Of a stretch of DNA of 64,000 bases, positions 39,924-49,228 are shown piece by piece. Position numbers and translations under genes: made by a program. The DNA comes from a virus. The notes beneath the pieces were generated by a model. It saw only the letters and a program-made list of their open reading frames with translations, was not told the DNA's origin and searched no databases. The stretch lies in the IMG/VR virus record IMGVR_UViG_3300025626_000004. One strand, written 5' to 3'. The stretch's first letter is position 1. Each line of letters starts with the position of its first letter.

Positions 39924-41450
39924 ATGGCTGAAGAACAAGGCTTAAATATATTTGGATTTGAAATCCGTAGGAAGAGACAAAAAGAAGAAGATAAAAAACT
40001 TCCTTCTATTGTTCCTGCTACTGATGACGATGGCGCTGGTTATGTTACCGCGTCTGGTATGCACTATGGCCAATTCATTAATTTAGATGGTGATGAATCT
40101 AAAGATAATGCTCAGCTAATAATGAAATATCGTGGAGTATCAGCACACCCTGAGGTTGATGCTGCAATTGAAGATATTACTAATGAATCTATTTCAGCGT
40201 CAGAAGGTGAATCGGCACTTGAAATTAGACTAGACAAGGTTGAAGTATCTGATCAAATAAAAAAGGGTATTACCGAAGAATTCGAAAACATCGTGTCGAT
40301 GCTAAATTTCAATGAAATTGGTCACGATATGTTTAAACGTTGGTATGTAGATGGACGTCTATATCACCACCTTGTTGTTAACGAAGCGAACCTTAAAGCT
40401 GGCATCCAGGAAATTCGTCCTATTGATGCCTCTAAAGTTCGTAAAATTAAACAAGTTAAAAAGAAAAAAGATCCAAAGACTGGTGCATTGATCGTCGAAA
40501 AGACTGATGAGTATTACTTGTATCAAGAAAAACCAGGAAGTACCTCGTCTGGTATTAAACTATCTAACGATTCCGTTAGCTATGTTACATCTGGTCTATT
40601 AGATGCTAGCCGTAAGAAAATTGTGTCACATCTGCATAAAGCTTTGAAGCCAATCAATCAACTTCGTATGATGGAAGACTCACTCGTCATCTATCGGCTT
40701 GCACGAGCGCCTGAGCGTAGAATATTCTATATTGATGTGGGTAACTTGCCTCGTGGTAAGTCCGAACAATATATGAAAGACATCATGGCCCGGTATCGTA
40801 ACAAGTTGGTCTATGACGCTGATACAGGAGCAGTTAAAGATGATCGCAAACATATGTCGATGCTTGAAGATTTTTGGCTGCCACGTCGCGAAGGTGGTCG
40901 TGGTACAGAGATCTCAACTTTACCAGGTGGCGAAAACCTCGGACAAATAGATGACATCGTATATTTTCAAAAGAAATTATATAAGTCTCTTAATGTTCCT
41001 ATTGGTAGGCTTGAATCAGAAGGTCAATTTTCTTTAGGTAGAGCAACCGAGATCTCACGAGATGAGTTGAAATTTCAGAAATTCATTGATAGACTACGTA
41101 AAAGGTTTGCACATCTATTCACTGGTATTCTAAAAACTCAGTTAATTATGAAAGGTCTTATTACTGAAGAAGACTGGGATTCATGGAAAAACGATATCTT
41201 TATCGATTATTCGCGTGATAACCATTTCACAGAACTTAAAGATGCTGAGCTATTAAGAGATCGTTTAACAACCCTAGATCAGGCTTCTCAATATGTTGGT
41301 GAATACTTCTCAAAAGAATATATTATGAAAAAGATTCTTATGCTAAGTGATGAGGATATTAAAGATATGGCAAAACAATCAGCCGAAGAACCTGATCCAG
41401 AGCCAGCAGACAATAAAGAAGAGACTCCAGAAGTTAAGCCTGGAACGTAG
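39924..41450 (+). CDS. g20: Portal protein gp20
   Basis: WYVDGR, LRMMEDSLVIYRLARAPERRIFYIDVGNLP, EDFWLPRREGGRGTEI. Confidence 0.97.
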   Translation: MAEEQGLNIFGFEIRRKRQKEEDKKLPSIVPATDDDGAGYVTASGMHYGQFINLDGDESKDNAQLIMKYRGVSAHPEVDAAIEDITNESISASEGESALEIRLDKVEVSDQIKKGITEEFENIVSMLNFNEIGHDMFKRWYVDGRLYHHLVVNEANLKAGIQEIRPIDASKVRKIKQVKKKKDPKTGALIVEKTDEYYLYQEKPGSTSSGIKLSNDSVSYVTSGLLDASRKKIVSHLHKALKPINQLRMMEDSLVIYRLARAPERRIFYIDVGNLPRGKSEQYMKDIMARYRNKLVYDADTGAVKDDRKHMSMLEDFWLPRREGGRGTEISTLPGGENLGQIDDIVYFQKKLYKSLNVPIGRLESEGQFSLGRATEISRDELKFQKFIDRLRKRFAHLFTGILKTQLIMKGLITEEDWDSWKNDIFIDYSRDNHFTELKDAELLRDRLTTLDQASQYVGEYFSKEYIMKKILMLSDEDIKDMAKQSAEEPDPEPADNKEETPEVKPGT

Positions 41451-41456
41451 AAAACG

Positions 41457-41464
41457 TATAAATA
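41457..41464 (+). promoter_or_regulatory. T4-type late promoter
   Basis: TATAAATA upstream of prohead core genes. Confidence 0.75.
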
Positions 41465-41486
41465 ATACCAAATATGAGGAAATATT

Positions 41487-41732
41487 ATGAACCCTATTGA
41501 AACATTAGTTCAACAATCATTTGATAAAGATTTTAATTCTGCGAATAAAACTTTTACACAGATCATGAATGACCGGATGGACAATGCGCTAGAACAAGAA
41601 CGAATTAAAGTATCTGCTAGTATATACAATGGTGTCGATGCTGAACAGCTTGAGTTAGATCTAGAAGATGATAACACTGAAGAAGTAGTATCTGTCGAAA
41701 ATGAAGAACAAGCAGATGAAGACGAAGTATAA
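41487..41732 (+). CDS. Prohead core protein (gp67-like)
   Basis: Small acidic protein between g20 and g21. Confidence 0.6.
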   Translation: MNPIETLVQQSFDKDFNSANKTFTQIMNDRMDNALEQERIKVSASIYNGVDAEQLELDLEDDNTEEVVSVENEEQADEDEV

Positions 41733-41931
41733 AGAGTTAAAGTATGATTTAAGCGAAGCAGTTAAAAAGCGACGCACAGTTTATAACCGTAGATTAAATG
41801 GTTATAAAGTTGAAATTGTACAAAATTATGATAAGTTTACTGCTTATATTGATGGTGATAAATTAGACGTATATGATACTAAACAGCATGCGCAAAAAAT
41901 GCTTATGCAGATGGTAAGAGAATTGGACTAA
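41716..41931 (+). CDS. Small head-region protein (gp68 position)
   Basis: Synteny; LSEA resembles a gp21 cleavage site. Confidence 0.45.
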   Translation: MKTKYKELKYDLSEAVKKRRTVYNRRLNGYKVEIVQNYDKFTAYIDGDKLDVYDTKQHAQKMLMQMVRELD

Positions 41932-41937
41932 ATCACT

Positions 41938-42597
41938 ATGAAGTTAATTACAGAATACGTAGAACACGATATCGAAATGATTGTTGAAGCCAAAGAAGGC
42001 GGAGGCAAGAATTACGCTATCGAAGGCGTATTTGCACAAGCAGAATCAAAGAACCGTAATGGACGCATTTATCCAAGAGCAATTATGGAAAATGCTGTAA
42101 ACAAATACGTTACGGATCAAGTAAAAACTAAGCGAGCAGTTGGCGAGTTAAACCATCCTGATGGTCCCACTGTAAACTTAGATAAAGTATCCCACCTAAT
42201 TACAGATCTCAGATTTGAGAAAAATAATGTGGTAGGTAAGGCACAAATACTAGATACTCCGATGGGTAAGATTGTTAAAGGTCTACTTGACGGTGGTGTT
42301 CAGCTAGGAGTGTCGACTCGTGGTATGGGTAGCATTGAGCAACGTGGCAACGCCATGTATGTGAAGGAAGACTTTCTTCTTAATACGATTGACATCGTAC
42401 AAGATCCATCAGCACCAAACGCCTTTGTTAATGGGATTATGGAAGGTGTAGACTGGATCTGGAATAACGGTATTCTGGAAGCTCAAGACATTGAAAGAAT
42501 GGAGACTGAAATTAAAAAAGCTCCACGCGCTGATCTCTATGAGACTCAGACTCGTGAGTTTAAGAATTTCCTCTCGTTAATGAAAAGTAAAATATAA
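41938..42597 (+). CDS. g21: Prohead protease gp21
   Basis: MKLITE, NRNGRIYP, GELNHP, GVSTRGMGS, DIVQDPSAPNAFV. Confidence 0.95.
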   Translation: MKLITEYVEHDIEMIVEAKEGGGKNYAIEGVFAQAESKNRNGRIYPRAIMENAVNKYVTDQVKTKRAVGELNHPDGPTVNLDKVSHLITDLRFEKNNVVGKAQILDTPMGKIVKGLLDGGVQLGVSTRGMGSIEQRGNAMYVKEDFLLNTIDIVQDPSAPNAFVNGIMEGVDWIWNNGILEAQDIERMETEIKKAPRADLYETQTREFKNFLSLMKSKI

Positions 42598-42612
42598 TAT
42601 AGGAGTCAAGAC

Positions 42613-43653
42613 ATGACTGACCAAATCCAAGATCAGGATGTTGAGCTCGACGAGAATGAAATCGAAGAAGCTCACGATCCAAAAAATGCAGAGGCACAAT
42701 CTATTGCATCTGTACAATCTGCAGAAGACAAGGGACCTAAAGCGAAAGCTCGTAAGGGTGACAAGTCTAATTCAGAAAAAATGCCAAAAACAAAAGCTGG
42801 TATGATTAATGCGGCGTACAACAAAATGGCTGGTATGAAAAAAGAAGACCTTGCCGGTGCGCTAACACAACTTATGGGTGAAGATGTTGACCTAGATGAC
42901 GAAGCACTTGTTGCCGAAGCATCAAACGTTGATTTTTCAGAAGATTTAAATGCATTAGTCGAGTCTGAAGCTACTCTTTCCGAAGAGTTTAAAGCCAAAA
43001 CAGCTGTTATTTTCGAAGCCGCAATTAAATCTAAATTGGCCGAAGAAGTAACTCGTTTAGAGGCTAGCTACGAAGAAGAGCTAACGGAAGCAGTATCTTC
43101 CACTAAAGCCGAACTCGTAGAAAAAGTTGACAGCTATCTTAACTATGTTGTTGAAAACTGGATGAAAGAAAATCAGTTAGCAGTACAAAATGGCCTGCGC
43201 ACTGAAATCGCTGAAAAATTCATGAACAGCTTGAAAGATCTGTTTACTGAGTCTTACATCGAAGTTCCAGAATCAAAAGTCGACCTGGTTGACGAACTTG
43301 CTCAAGAAGTAGAAGAGCTTGAAGAAGCCCTTAATAAATCTACTCAAAAAGCAATAGAAGTTTCTGAGGAATTGGAAGTAATGAAGCGCGCCACTGTAAT
43401 TAGTGAAGCGTCTGCTGATCTTGCAACTACTCAAGCTGAGAAACTTGCATCGCTTGTAGAAGATATTGATTTTGTAGATGTGGCTACTTTCACTGCGAAA
43501 GTCCAGACTATTAAAGAATCATACTTCACAAAAACAATTGTTGAGTCTTCAATTGATGAAGAAATTGACGACGCAGATGGAGACTTCGTTGAAGCACCAT
43601 CAGACGTAATGTCTCAATATATTTCCGCTATTAGACAATCGTCTAAAACATAA
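42613..43653 (+). CDS. g22: Prohead scaffold protein gp22
   Basis: LSEEFKAK..VIFEAA, VDSYLNYVVENW, GLRTEIAE.F; acidic coiled coil. Confidence 0.92.
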   Translation: MTDQIQDQDVELDENEIEEAHDPKNAEAQSIASVQSAEDKGPKAKARKGDKSNSEKMPKTKAGMINAAYNKMAGMKKEDLAGALTQLMGEDVDLDDEALVAEASNVDFSEDLNALVESEATLSEEFKAKTAVIFEAAIKSKLAEEVTRLEASYEEELTEAVSSTKAELVEKVDSYLNYVVENWMKENQLAVQNGLRTEIAEKFMNSLKDLFTESYIEVPESKVDLVDELAQEVEELEEALNKSTQKAIEVSEELEVMKRATVISEASADLATTQAEKLASLVEDIDFVDVATFTAKVQTIKESYFTKTIVESSIDEEIDDADGDFVEAPSDVMSQYISAIRQSSKT

Positions 43654-43673
43654 ATACCTAGGAGTTCCTAAAA

Positions 43674-45002
43674 ATGCAATCTTATGATAAACTAGTCGAA
43701 AAATGGGCACCAGTTCTGAATGAAAATTCAGCCGGTTCCATCGACAATCACCACAAACGTTCTGTAACCGCAGCCGTTCTCGAAAACCAAGAAATTGCTA
43801 TGCGTGAAGATCGCGCTGCGCAAAACGGTTTCCTAACAGAAGCTGCACCTGGTAACGCAACTAGCTCAATTGGTACATGGGATCCAGTACTGATTAGCTT
43901 GGTACGTCGTTCCATGCCAAACCTGATGGCCTATGATGTTGCTGGCGTTCAGCCAATGTCCGGTCCAACTGGCCTCATCTTTGCGATGAAAGCCCGTTAC
44001 GGTGCTGGTGCAACTGGTTCAACCGAAGCTCTCTTCAACGAAGCTAACACAGAATTCTCTGGTTCACAAGCCGCTAACGGTTTCACACAACCTGCTGATG
44101 GTTCTGGCCTTAACGATTCTGCTGGTGCCGCAAACGGTATTGACGATGAGCGTACAACTGCTCTTTCTGGCAATCCAATGGGTACTGACTCTGCTGAAGC
44201 TCTTGGTTCTGCAAACAATGCTGCGTTTGCTGAAATGGGTTTCACCATTGAAAAAGCAACTGTGACCGCCAAGTCACGTGCACTGAAAGCTGAATACAGC
44301 TTAGAGCTTGCACAAGACTTGAAAGCGATTCATGGTCTTGACGCAGAAACTGAATTGGCAAATATCTTGTCAACTGAGATTCTTGCTGAAATCAACCGCG
44401 AAGTAATTCGTACAATCAACTCACAAGCCAAAACTGGTGCACTGCAAGCTAACACAGCTGTAAACGGTATCTTTAACTTGTCTTCTGATGCTGATGGTCG
44501 TTGGTCTGCTGAGAAGTTCAAAGGTCTGGTTGTACAAATCGAACGTGAAGCAAACGTAATTGCAAAAGAAACTCGTAGAGGAAAAGGTAACTTTATTATC
44601 TGTTCTTCAGACGTAGCTTCTGCTTTGACTGCTTCCGGCATGCTCGATTATACTCCTGCTTTGTCAACTAACTTGAATGTTGATGACACAGGTTCAACCT
44701 TTGCTGGTGTTCTTAATGGTCGTACAAAAGTATACATCGATCCGTATGCAACTGTTGACTATATCACTGTTGGTTATAAGGGTACAAACCCATATGATGC
44801 AGGTCTCTTCTATTGTCCATACGTACCACTCACAATGGTTCGTGCGGTTGGTGAAGATACGTTCCAGCCTAAAATTGGTTTCAAGACACGCTACGGCATG
44901 GCTTCTAACCCATTCGTTGGTGCGACTCCTGCTGACGGTCTTGCAACTGCAAAAACCAACCAGTACTACCGTATCTTCCGTGTAGACAACATCCTCACAT
45001 AA
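43674..45002 (+). CDS. g23: Major capsid protein gp23
   Basis: LVRRSMPNL.AYDV.GVQPM.GPTGLIFAM, KSRALKAEYS.ELAQDLKAIHGLDAE, QPKIGFKTRYG. Confidence 0.98.
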   Translation: MQSYDKLVEKWAPVLNENSAGSIDNHHKRSVTAAVLENQEIAMREDRAAQNGFLTEAAPGNATSSIGTWDPVLISLVRRSMPNLMAYDVAGVQPMSGPTGLIFAMKARYGAGATGSTEALFNEANTEFSGSQAANGFTQPADGSGLNDSAGAANGIDDERTTALSGNPMGTDSAEALGSANNAAFAEMGFTIEKATVTAKSRALKAEYSLELAQDLKAIHGLDAETELANILSTEILAEINREVIRTINSQAKTGALQANTAVNGIFNLSSDADGRWSAEKFKGLVVQIEREANVIAKETRRGKGNFIICSSDVASALTASGMLDYTPALSTNLNVDDTGSTFAGVLNGRTKVYIDPYATVDYITVGYKGTNPYDAGLFYCPYVPLTMVRAVGEDTFQPKIGFKTRYGMASNPFVGATPADGLATAKTNQYYRIFRVDNILT

Positions 45003-45011
45003 GTTACTCAT

Positions 45012-45071
45012 AAAAAAAGGGAGGGGATTTAACCCCTCCCAACTAAGCTCCACTTCGGTGGGGCTTTTTTT
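45012..45071. terminator. Two tandem hairpins terminating g23 (+) and the convergent early genes (-)
   Basis: A7-GGGAGGGG..CCCCTCCC and AAGCTCCAC-TTCG-GTGGGGCTT-T run. Confidence 0.8.
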
Positions 45072-45312
45072 ATGCTCCAACACCTGTCCATACAAATTCG
45101 TCGAATCTTTGTTTAAGAACTTTGACAATGTCCCAGAAGTTTTCATCGTCAAATGGTTCAAGAACTATAATTGTTCCATCCCCATCATAAAACCAACCAT
45201 CCTTTATCACAATGTCAAAGACACCACAAGAGTAATCATAGTCAAGTATCATAGCAACTCGCTTTTTACCGAGTGCTTTATAAATACGAGCTTGAGTAAT
45301 TGGTAAAGTCAT
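45070..45312 (-). CDS. Small hypothetical early protein
   Basis: AGGAGG RBS; 80 aa. Confidence 0.6.
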   Translation of the reverse strand: MTLPITQARIYKALGKKRVAMILDYDYSCGVFDIVIKDGWFYDGDGTIIVLEPFDDENFWDIVKVLKQRFDEFVWTGVGA

Positions 45313-45320
45313 AAGACCTC

Positions 45321-45434
45321 CTACTGATTAGATTTACGCAAAGCAATATACAGACTTTCAGGAATTACTTGCAACCCCTTCACTCGGCGAGCTTCACAAT
45401 ATTCCTTGTAAGTTTTATATGAACACGCAGTCAT
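45321..45434 (-). CDS. 37-aa peptide (not in the ORF track)
   Basis: MTACSYKTYKEYCEARRVKGLQVIPESLYIALRKSNQ; TAATG overlap with the upstream stop, GGGAGG RBS; fills the gap. Confidence 0.55.
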   Translation of the reverse strand: MTACSYKTYKEYCEARRVKGLQVIPESLYIALRKSNQ

Positions 45435-45817
45435 TACGCTGCCTCCCTATCATAGTCGTATGCACAGTGGTAGCCACTCTTACGAGCCTGCTTCTCTTTA
45501 AAATCAAACATTACTTTGTAATACCAATCTTCATTATTGTTCTTAAGAATTTGTAGTGGTGAGCTGTCAAGACCATCTTTTGCTCTCTCTGCTACATACT
45601 CTTCAACTGTGAAGTTATTGATAAGCTGTGTAAGGAATTTTGCCTTTGTGAAAGGACCACTATATTTAAAGCGAGCAATAAAAAGATCTTTACCTTTGCC
45701 GACGTTTGTTGGATGTACGTTTTTGCCAGCTTCGTACACAGGACGACCTTCGTAATCGGCTGTATACATTAGGTATCCGCCGTGGTAGTTAAAGTCTTTT
45801 CTGTTGAACTTTGTCAT
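45434..45817 (-). CDS. Hypothetical early protein
   Basis: GGAGA RBS; start MTKFNRKD; downstream of an early promoter. Confidence 0.65.
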   Translation of the reverse strand: MTKFNRKDFNYHGGYLMYTADYEGRPVYEAGKNVHPTNVGKGKDLFIARFKYSGPFTKAKFLTQLINNFTVEEYVAERAKDGLDSSPLQILKNNNEDWYYKVMFDFKEKQARKSGYHCAYDYDREAA

Positions 45818-45848
45818 AGTGTATCTCCATGTTAGTGTTTCTGTAACC

Positions 45849-45880
45849 AGAATAATACATCTCATAAGTCTTGTACACAC
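45849..45880 (-). promoter_or_regulatory. Early-type promoter GTGTAC-N18-TATTCT (diverged copy)
   Basis: Reverse complement GTGTACaagacttatgagatgtatTATTCT with upstream A tract. Confidence 0.7.
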
Positions 45881-45899
45881 TTATTTGCGCTTTTTTTAA

Positions 45900-45907
45900 T
45901 ATAAATA
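45900..45907 (+). promoter_or_regulatory. T4-type late promoter upstream of g3
   Basis: TATAAATA. Confidence 0.75.
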
Positions 45908-45930
45908 GACATATATTAGAGGACACAACT

Positions 45931-46470
45931 ATGGCTAACGAATCTGCTACTATCTCTACCGGATTACTTGAATCCACACTTTCAACTAATACAAATTTCT
46001 TGCAGCCGACAGGTTTTAAGTTATCAATTAATCGTAAATATATGCCAAACCTAGAGTACTTTGCACAGTCAGTTCAACATCCTGGTGCTTCTATAAATAC
46101 TGTTGAGGTTCCATACAGACGTATTGGTTCTGTTCCATTTACAGGTGGAACAATGGTATTTGGTGAAGCCTCTGCTATGATCGTGCTTGACGAAAACTTA
46201 AGTGCATACACAGAAATGTACAACTGGATTAATAGCTTTGTTGATAGACCAGATGTAAAAGCTTCTGATGGCAATAGTAACTTAGGCCCATCTGTAGCAG
46301 ACATTACGGTGTCTATATTAACAAGCGCAAATAACGTTGCGAAGAAGCTAATATATAGAGATGCAATACCTACTCTACTAGGTGATATCAACTTTGAAGC
46401 TGGAACAGGTGATGTTCAATACATTACATTCCCAATTTCGTTTAGGTTCACTTACTTTGACTTACTTTAA
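45931..46470 (+). CDS. g3: Tail tube terminator/completion protein gp3
   Basis: NFLQPTGFK, YFAQSV..PG, DENL..Y.EMYNWI; synteny before uvsY. Confidence 0.8.
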   Translation: MANESATISTGLLESTLSTNTNFLQPTGFKLSINRKYMPNLEYFAQSVQHPGASINTVEVPYRRIGSVPFTGGTMVFGEASAMIVLDENLSAYTEMYNWINSFVDRPDVKASDGNSNLGPSVADITVSILTSANNVAKKLIYRDAIPTLLGDINFEAGTGDVQYITFPISFRFTYFDLL

Positions 46471-46487
46471 ACTTTTAAGGTTATATT

Positions 46488-46931
46488 ATGGATTTAAAAA
46501 CTATACTCGAAATGTGGTCTGTCGACTCTATAATTGAAGAGACCAGCTTAGATGAAGCATCTAGGCAATCCCCCATTTTACATGCAAAATACCTTGAGCT
46601 GCATTCGCTGACTAGACTTCGCCTAAAAAAAGCTGAGCAAAAGCAAAAGATCTTATTAAAAGAGAAGTGGCTATATTACAACGGGAAAATGGATCACTCC
46701 GAAATTATTGAAAAAGGTTGGGAACCTGATCCATTTAATGGGCTTAAAATTCTTAAAGGTGAAATGGACTATTATTATGATGCTGATCCTGAGATACAAC
46801 AAACGGTTGAGGCTATAGAATATCTGAAGACCATAATGGATACTCTGAAGGAGGTTATAGATAATGTCAAATGGAGACATCAGACTATAGGTAATATGAT
46901 TAAGTGGAGAGTATTTCAAAGTGGCGATTAA
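46488..46931 (+). CDS. uvsY: Recombination mediator UvsY
   Basis: W..DS.I, P.LHAKYL, KWLYYNGK, YYDADPEI, I.NMIKWR.F.SG. Confidence 0.88.
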   Translation: MDLKTILEMWSVDSIIEETSLDEASRQSPILHAKYLELHSLTRLRLKKAEQKQKILLKEKWLYYNGKMDHSEIIEKGWEPDPFNGLKILKGEMDYYYDADPEIQQTVEAIEYLKTIMDTLKEVIDNVKWRHQTIGNMIKWRVFQSGD

Positions 46932-47142
46932 ACCTAATTTACTATTCGAGTTGGATGTGAGAGACATCGAAATCATTGAAAGTGCACTGAGATCAAAGGC
47001 CGGACGTAGAGGCTTAGCAATTGCTCAAGGTGAAACTAGTGACAAACTTAAGTCTGAGATGATTGAAATAAATGATCTAATGGGAAGAATACACAATCAG
47101 AAAAATTGGTACAGGCCAAAAGGGAAATTTGTGAGTGGCTAA
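46921..47142 (+). CDS. Hypothetical protein
   Basis: 73 aa, overlaps both neighbours; LMGRIHNQKNWYRPK. Confidence 0.55.
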   Translation: MAIKPNLLFELDVRDIEIIESALRSKAGRRGLAIAQGETSDKLKSEMIEINDLMGRIHNQKNWYRPKGKFVSG

Positions 47143-48670
47143 TATTACATTATGGAAGAAGAACGAAAGTATAGCTCTTGTTAAATGTGATGATGGAATT
47201 GCCCACGAACTAAGTGAATACTTTTCATTTTTTGTTCCTGGTTACAAATATATGAAGATGTATAAAATTAAAGTGTGGGATGGTAAAATCCGCCTCTTTA
47301 ATCTACAGACACGTGAGTTACCGGCTGGCCTATATCCGTTTGTTGTTGAATTTTGCAAGCGTAATAACTACACCATAGAAACCGAATCAAATGAATTTGG
47401 ATCTTTACTAGATACTGATAAAATTAAACCAAAAGATCTTAACGAATTTATAAAGTCTCTTAACCTGCAAAATAACGGACAGTCTATTGAAGTTCGTGAC
47501 TATCAATTTGATGCTATAGCAAAGGCTTTAGATATTAATCGCTGTGTGTTGTTAAGCCCTACTGGTTCTGGTAAGTCTCTTATCATTTATGTATTGACAC
47601 AGTATTATCATGCTATGCTTAATGACGATAGATATCCAATGAAGGCATTGATTATTGTTCCTACAACATCTCTTGTAGAACAAATGTATGATGACTTTAA
47701 GAACTACGGGTTAGATGTAGAAAAAGAATGTCATAGAATTTATAGTGGAAGAGATAAAGATAATATACAAGCCTCTATCGTTATTTCAACATGGCAGTCT
47801 ATTTACAAACTAGATGTAGAATGGTATGAACAGTTTGGTATAGTTATTGGAGATGAATGCCACGGATTTAAATCTAAATCTCTTACTGAGATTATGACTA
47901 AGTGCGTGAACGCAAAGTATAGATATGGTACAACTGGCACCCTGGACAATGCCCAGGTCCACCACCTTGTCCTACAGGGACTGTTTGGTAAAATACATAG
48001 GGTTACAACAACCAGGAAGCTACAAGATAATAATACATTAGCAGATCTTGATATAAATATATTAGTATTGAAGTATGATGAAAGCATTAGAAAGGCATTC
48101 GGAAAACAAAGTTATCAGGATGAGATTGCTTGGATAGTGGATAATAAGGCTAGAAACAACTTTATCCGTAACTTAGCAGTTGATCAAAAAGGTAACACTC
48201 TGGTGTTATTTAATTTCGTTGAAAAGCATGGTAAACCATTATATGAATTGATTAAAGATAAAGCTGGTGATAATAGGCAAGTATTTTACGTATCAGGTGA
48301 AGTTGAAACGTCAGATCGTGAATCGATTAGAAAAATTACGGAGGGTGAAAAAGATGCTATTATCGTTGCTTCTCTTGGGACTTTTAGCACTGGAATTAAT
48401 ATTCGCAACTTGCATAATATTATTTTTGCATCACCTTCTAAGTCCCAAATCAAAGTTCTTCAGTCTATCGGCAGAGGACTCAGAAAATCTGATAATGGAC
48501 AAGTTACTACCTTGTATGATATATCGGACGACCTCCACTACAAAGGCCACCAAAACTATGCGATGCTCCACTCGATAGAAAGAGTGAAGATATATAAAAA
48601 AGAGAAGTTTAAATTTAAATTAATTGAGGTACCAATTCATGGACATCAGACACTTCAAGTTGACGACTAA
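47135..48670 (+). CDS. uvsW: DNA helicase UvsW
   Basis: WDGKIRLF, RDYQ, SPTGSGKS, GDECH, QSIGRGLR. Confidence 0.95.
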   Translation: MANITLWKKNESIALVKCDDGIAHELSEYFSFFVPGYKYMKMYKIKVWDGKIRLFNLQTRELPAGLYPFVVEFCKRNNYTIETESNEFGSLLDTDKIKPKDLNEFIKSLNLQNNGQSIEVRDYQFDAIAKALDINRCVLLSPTGSGKSLIIYVLTQYYHAMLNDDRYPMKALIIVPTTSLVEQMYDDFKNYGLDVEKECHRIYSGRDKDNIQASIVISTWQSIYKLDVEWYEQFGIVIGDECHGFKSKSLTEIMTKCVNAKYRYGTTGTLDNAQVHHLVLQGLFGKIHRVTTTRKLQDNNTLADLDINILVLKYDESIRKAFGKQSYQDEIAWIVDNKARNNFIRNLAVDQKGNTLVLFNFVEKHGKPLYELIKDKAGDNRQVFYVSGEVETSDRESIRKITEGEKDAIIVASLGTFSTGINIRNLHNIIFASPSKSQIKVLQSIGRGLRKSDNGQVTTLYDISDDLHYKGHQNYAMLHSIERVKIYKKEKFKFKLIEVPIHGHQTLQVDD

Positions 48671-49082
48671 CGAAGAGCTTTTATGCGAAGTTGTAGAATA
48701 TCATGATGAAGATGACGCTTTGGTAATTAGAAAGTCTTTAAAATTAGTATGCATGGATAATATGGAAACTGGAAACAGATATTATTCTTTTAGACCTTTT
48801 ATGATGTATCAACTAGAATCAGATTCATTTCAAATTTTAAGCGCGCAACACATTTTAGGAGAAACCCATCCACACGATGACATGTTATCAGAATACTTTA
48901 AAGCACTATCTACTTTTATGGAAGATGCCGAAGATGGTAATATATCTGTAGACAAAATGCGGAGAGAAATGAAAGAGCATATGGATTCTATGGAAAAGAA
49001 AGTAGACAATATTTTAGAGGGAGACGAGAGTGGTGAGCTTGGTAAGATTTTGAAATTTAGAACAAAACCAATATTACACTAG
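48639..49082 (+). CDS. Hypothetical protein (Sm-like N-terminus)
   Basis: FKLTTNEELLCEV motif; usual position between uvsW and g55. Confidence 0.6.
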   Translation: MDIRHFKLTTNEELLCEVVEYHDEDDALVIRKSLKLVCMDNMETGNRYYSFRPFMMYQLESDSFQILSAQHILGETHPHDDMLSEYFKALSTFMEDAEDGNISVDKMRREMKEHMDSMEKKVDNILEGDESGELGKILKFRTKPILH

Positions 49083-49113
49083 GGTATCCATCCACCCTCA
49101 AGCTAACTCTTTA

Positions 49114-49143
49114 ATTATACCACTGTATTGCGATATTGTAAAC
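49114..49143 (-). promoter_or_regulatory. Early-type promoter GTTTAC-N18-TATAAT divergent from g55, with no ORF downstream
   Basis: Reverse complement GTTTACaatatcgcaatacagtggTATAAT. Confidence 0.6.
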
Positions 49144-49174
49144 CCCTAATGTAAGAATACCGAAAAAAAATTAT

Positions 49175-49204
49175 GTGTACTTCTATTCACATACACGGTA
49201 TAAT
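49175..49204 (+). promoter_or_regulatory. Early-type promoter GTGTAC-N18-TATAAT for g55
   Basis: A tract plus GTGTACttctattcacatacacggTATAAT. Confidence 0.75.
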
Positions 49205-49228
49205 ATAGACAATGTTAAGGAATGTATT

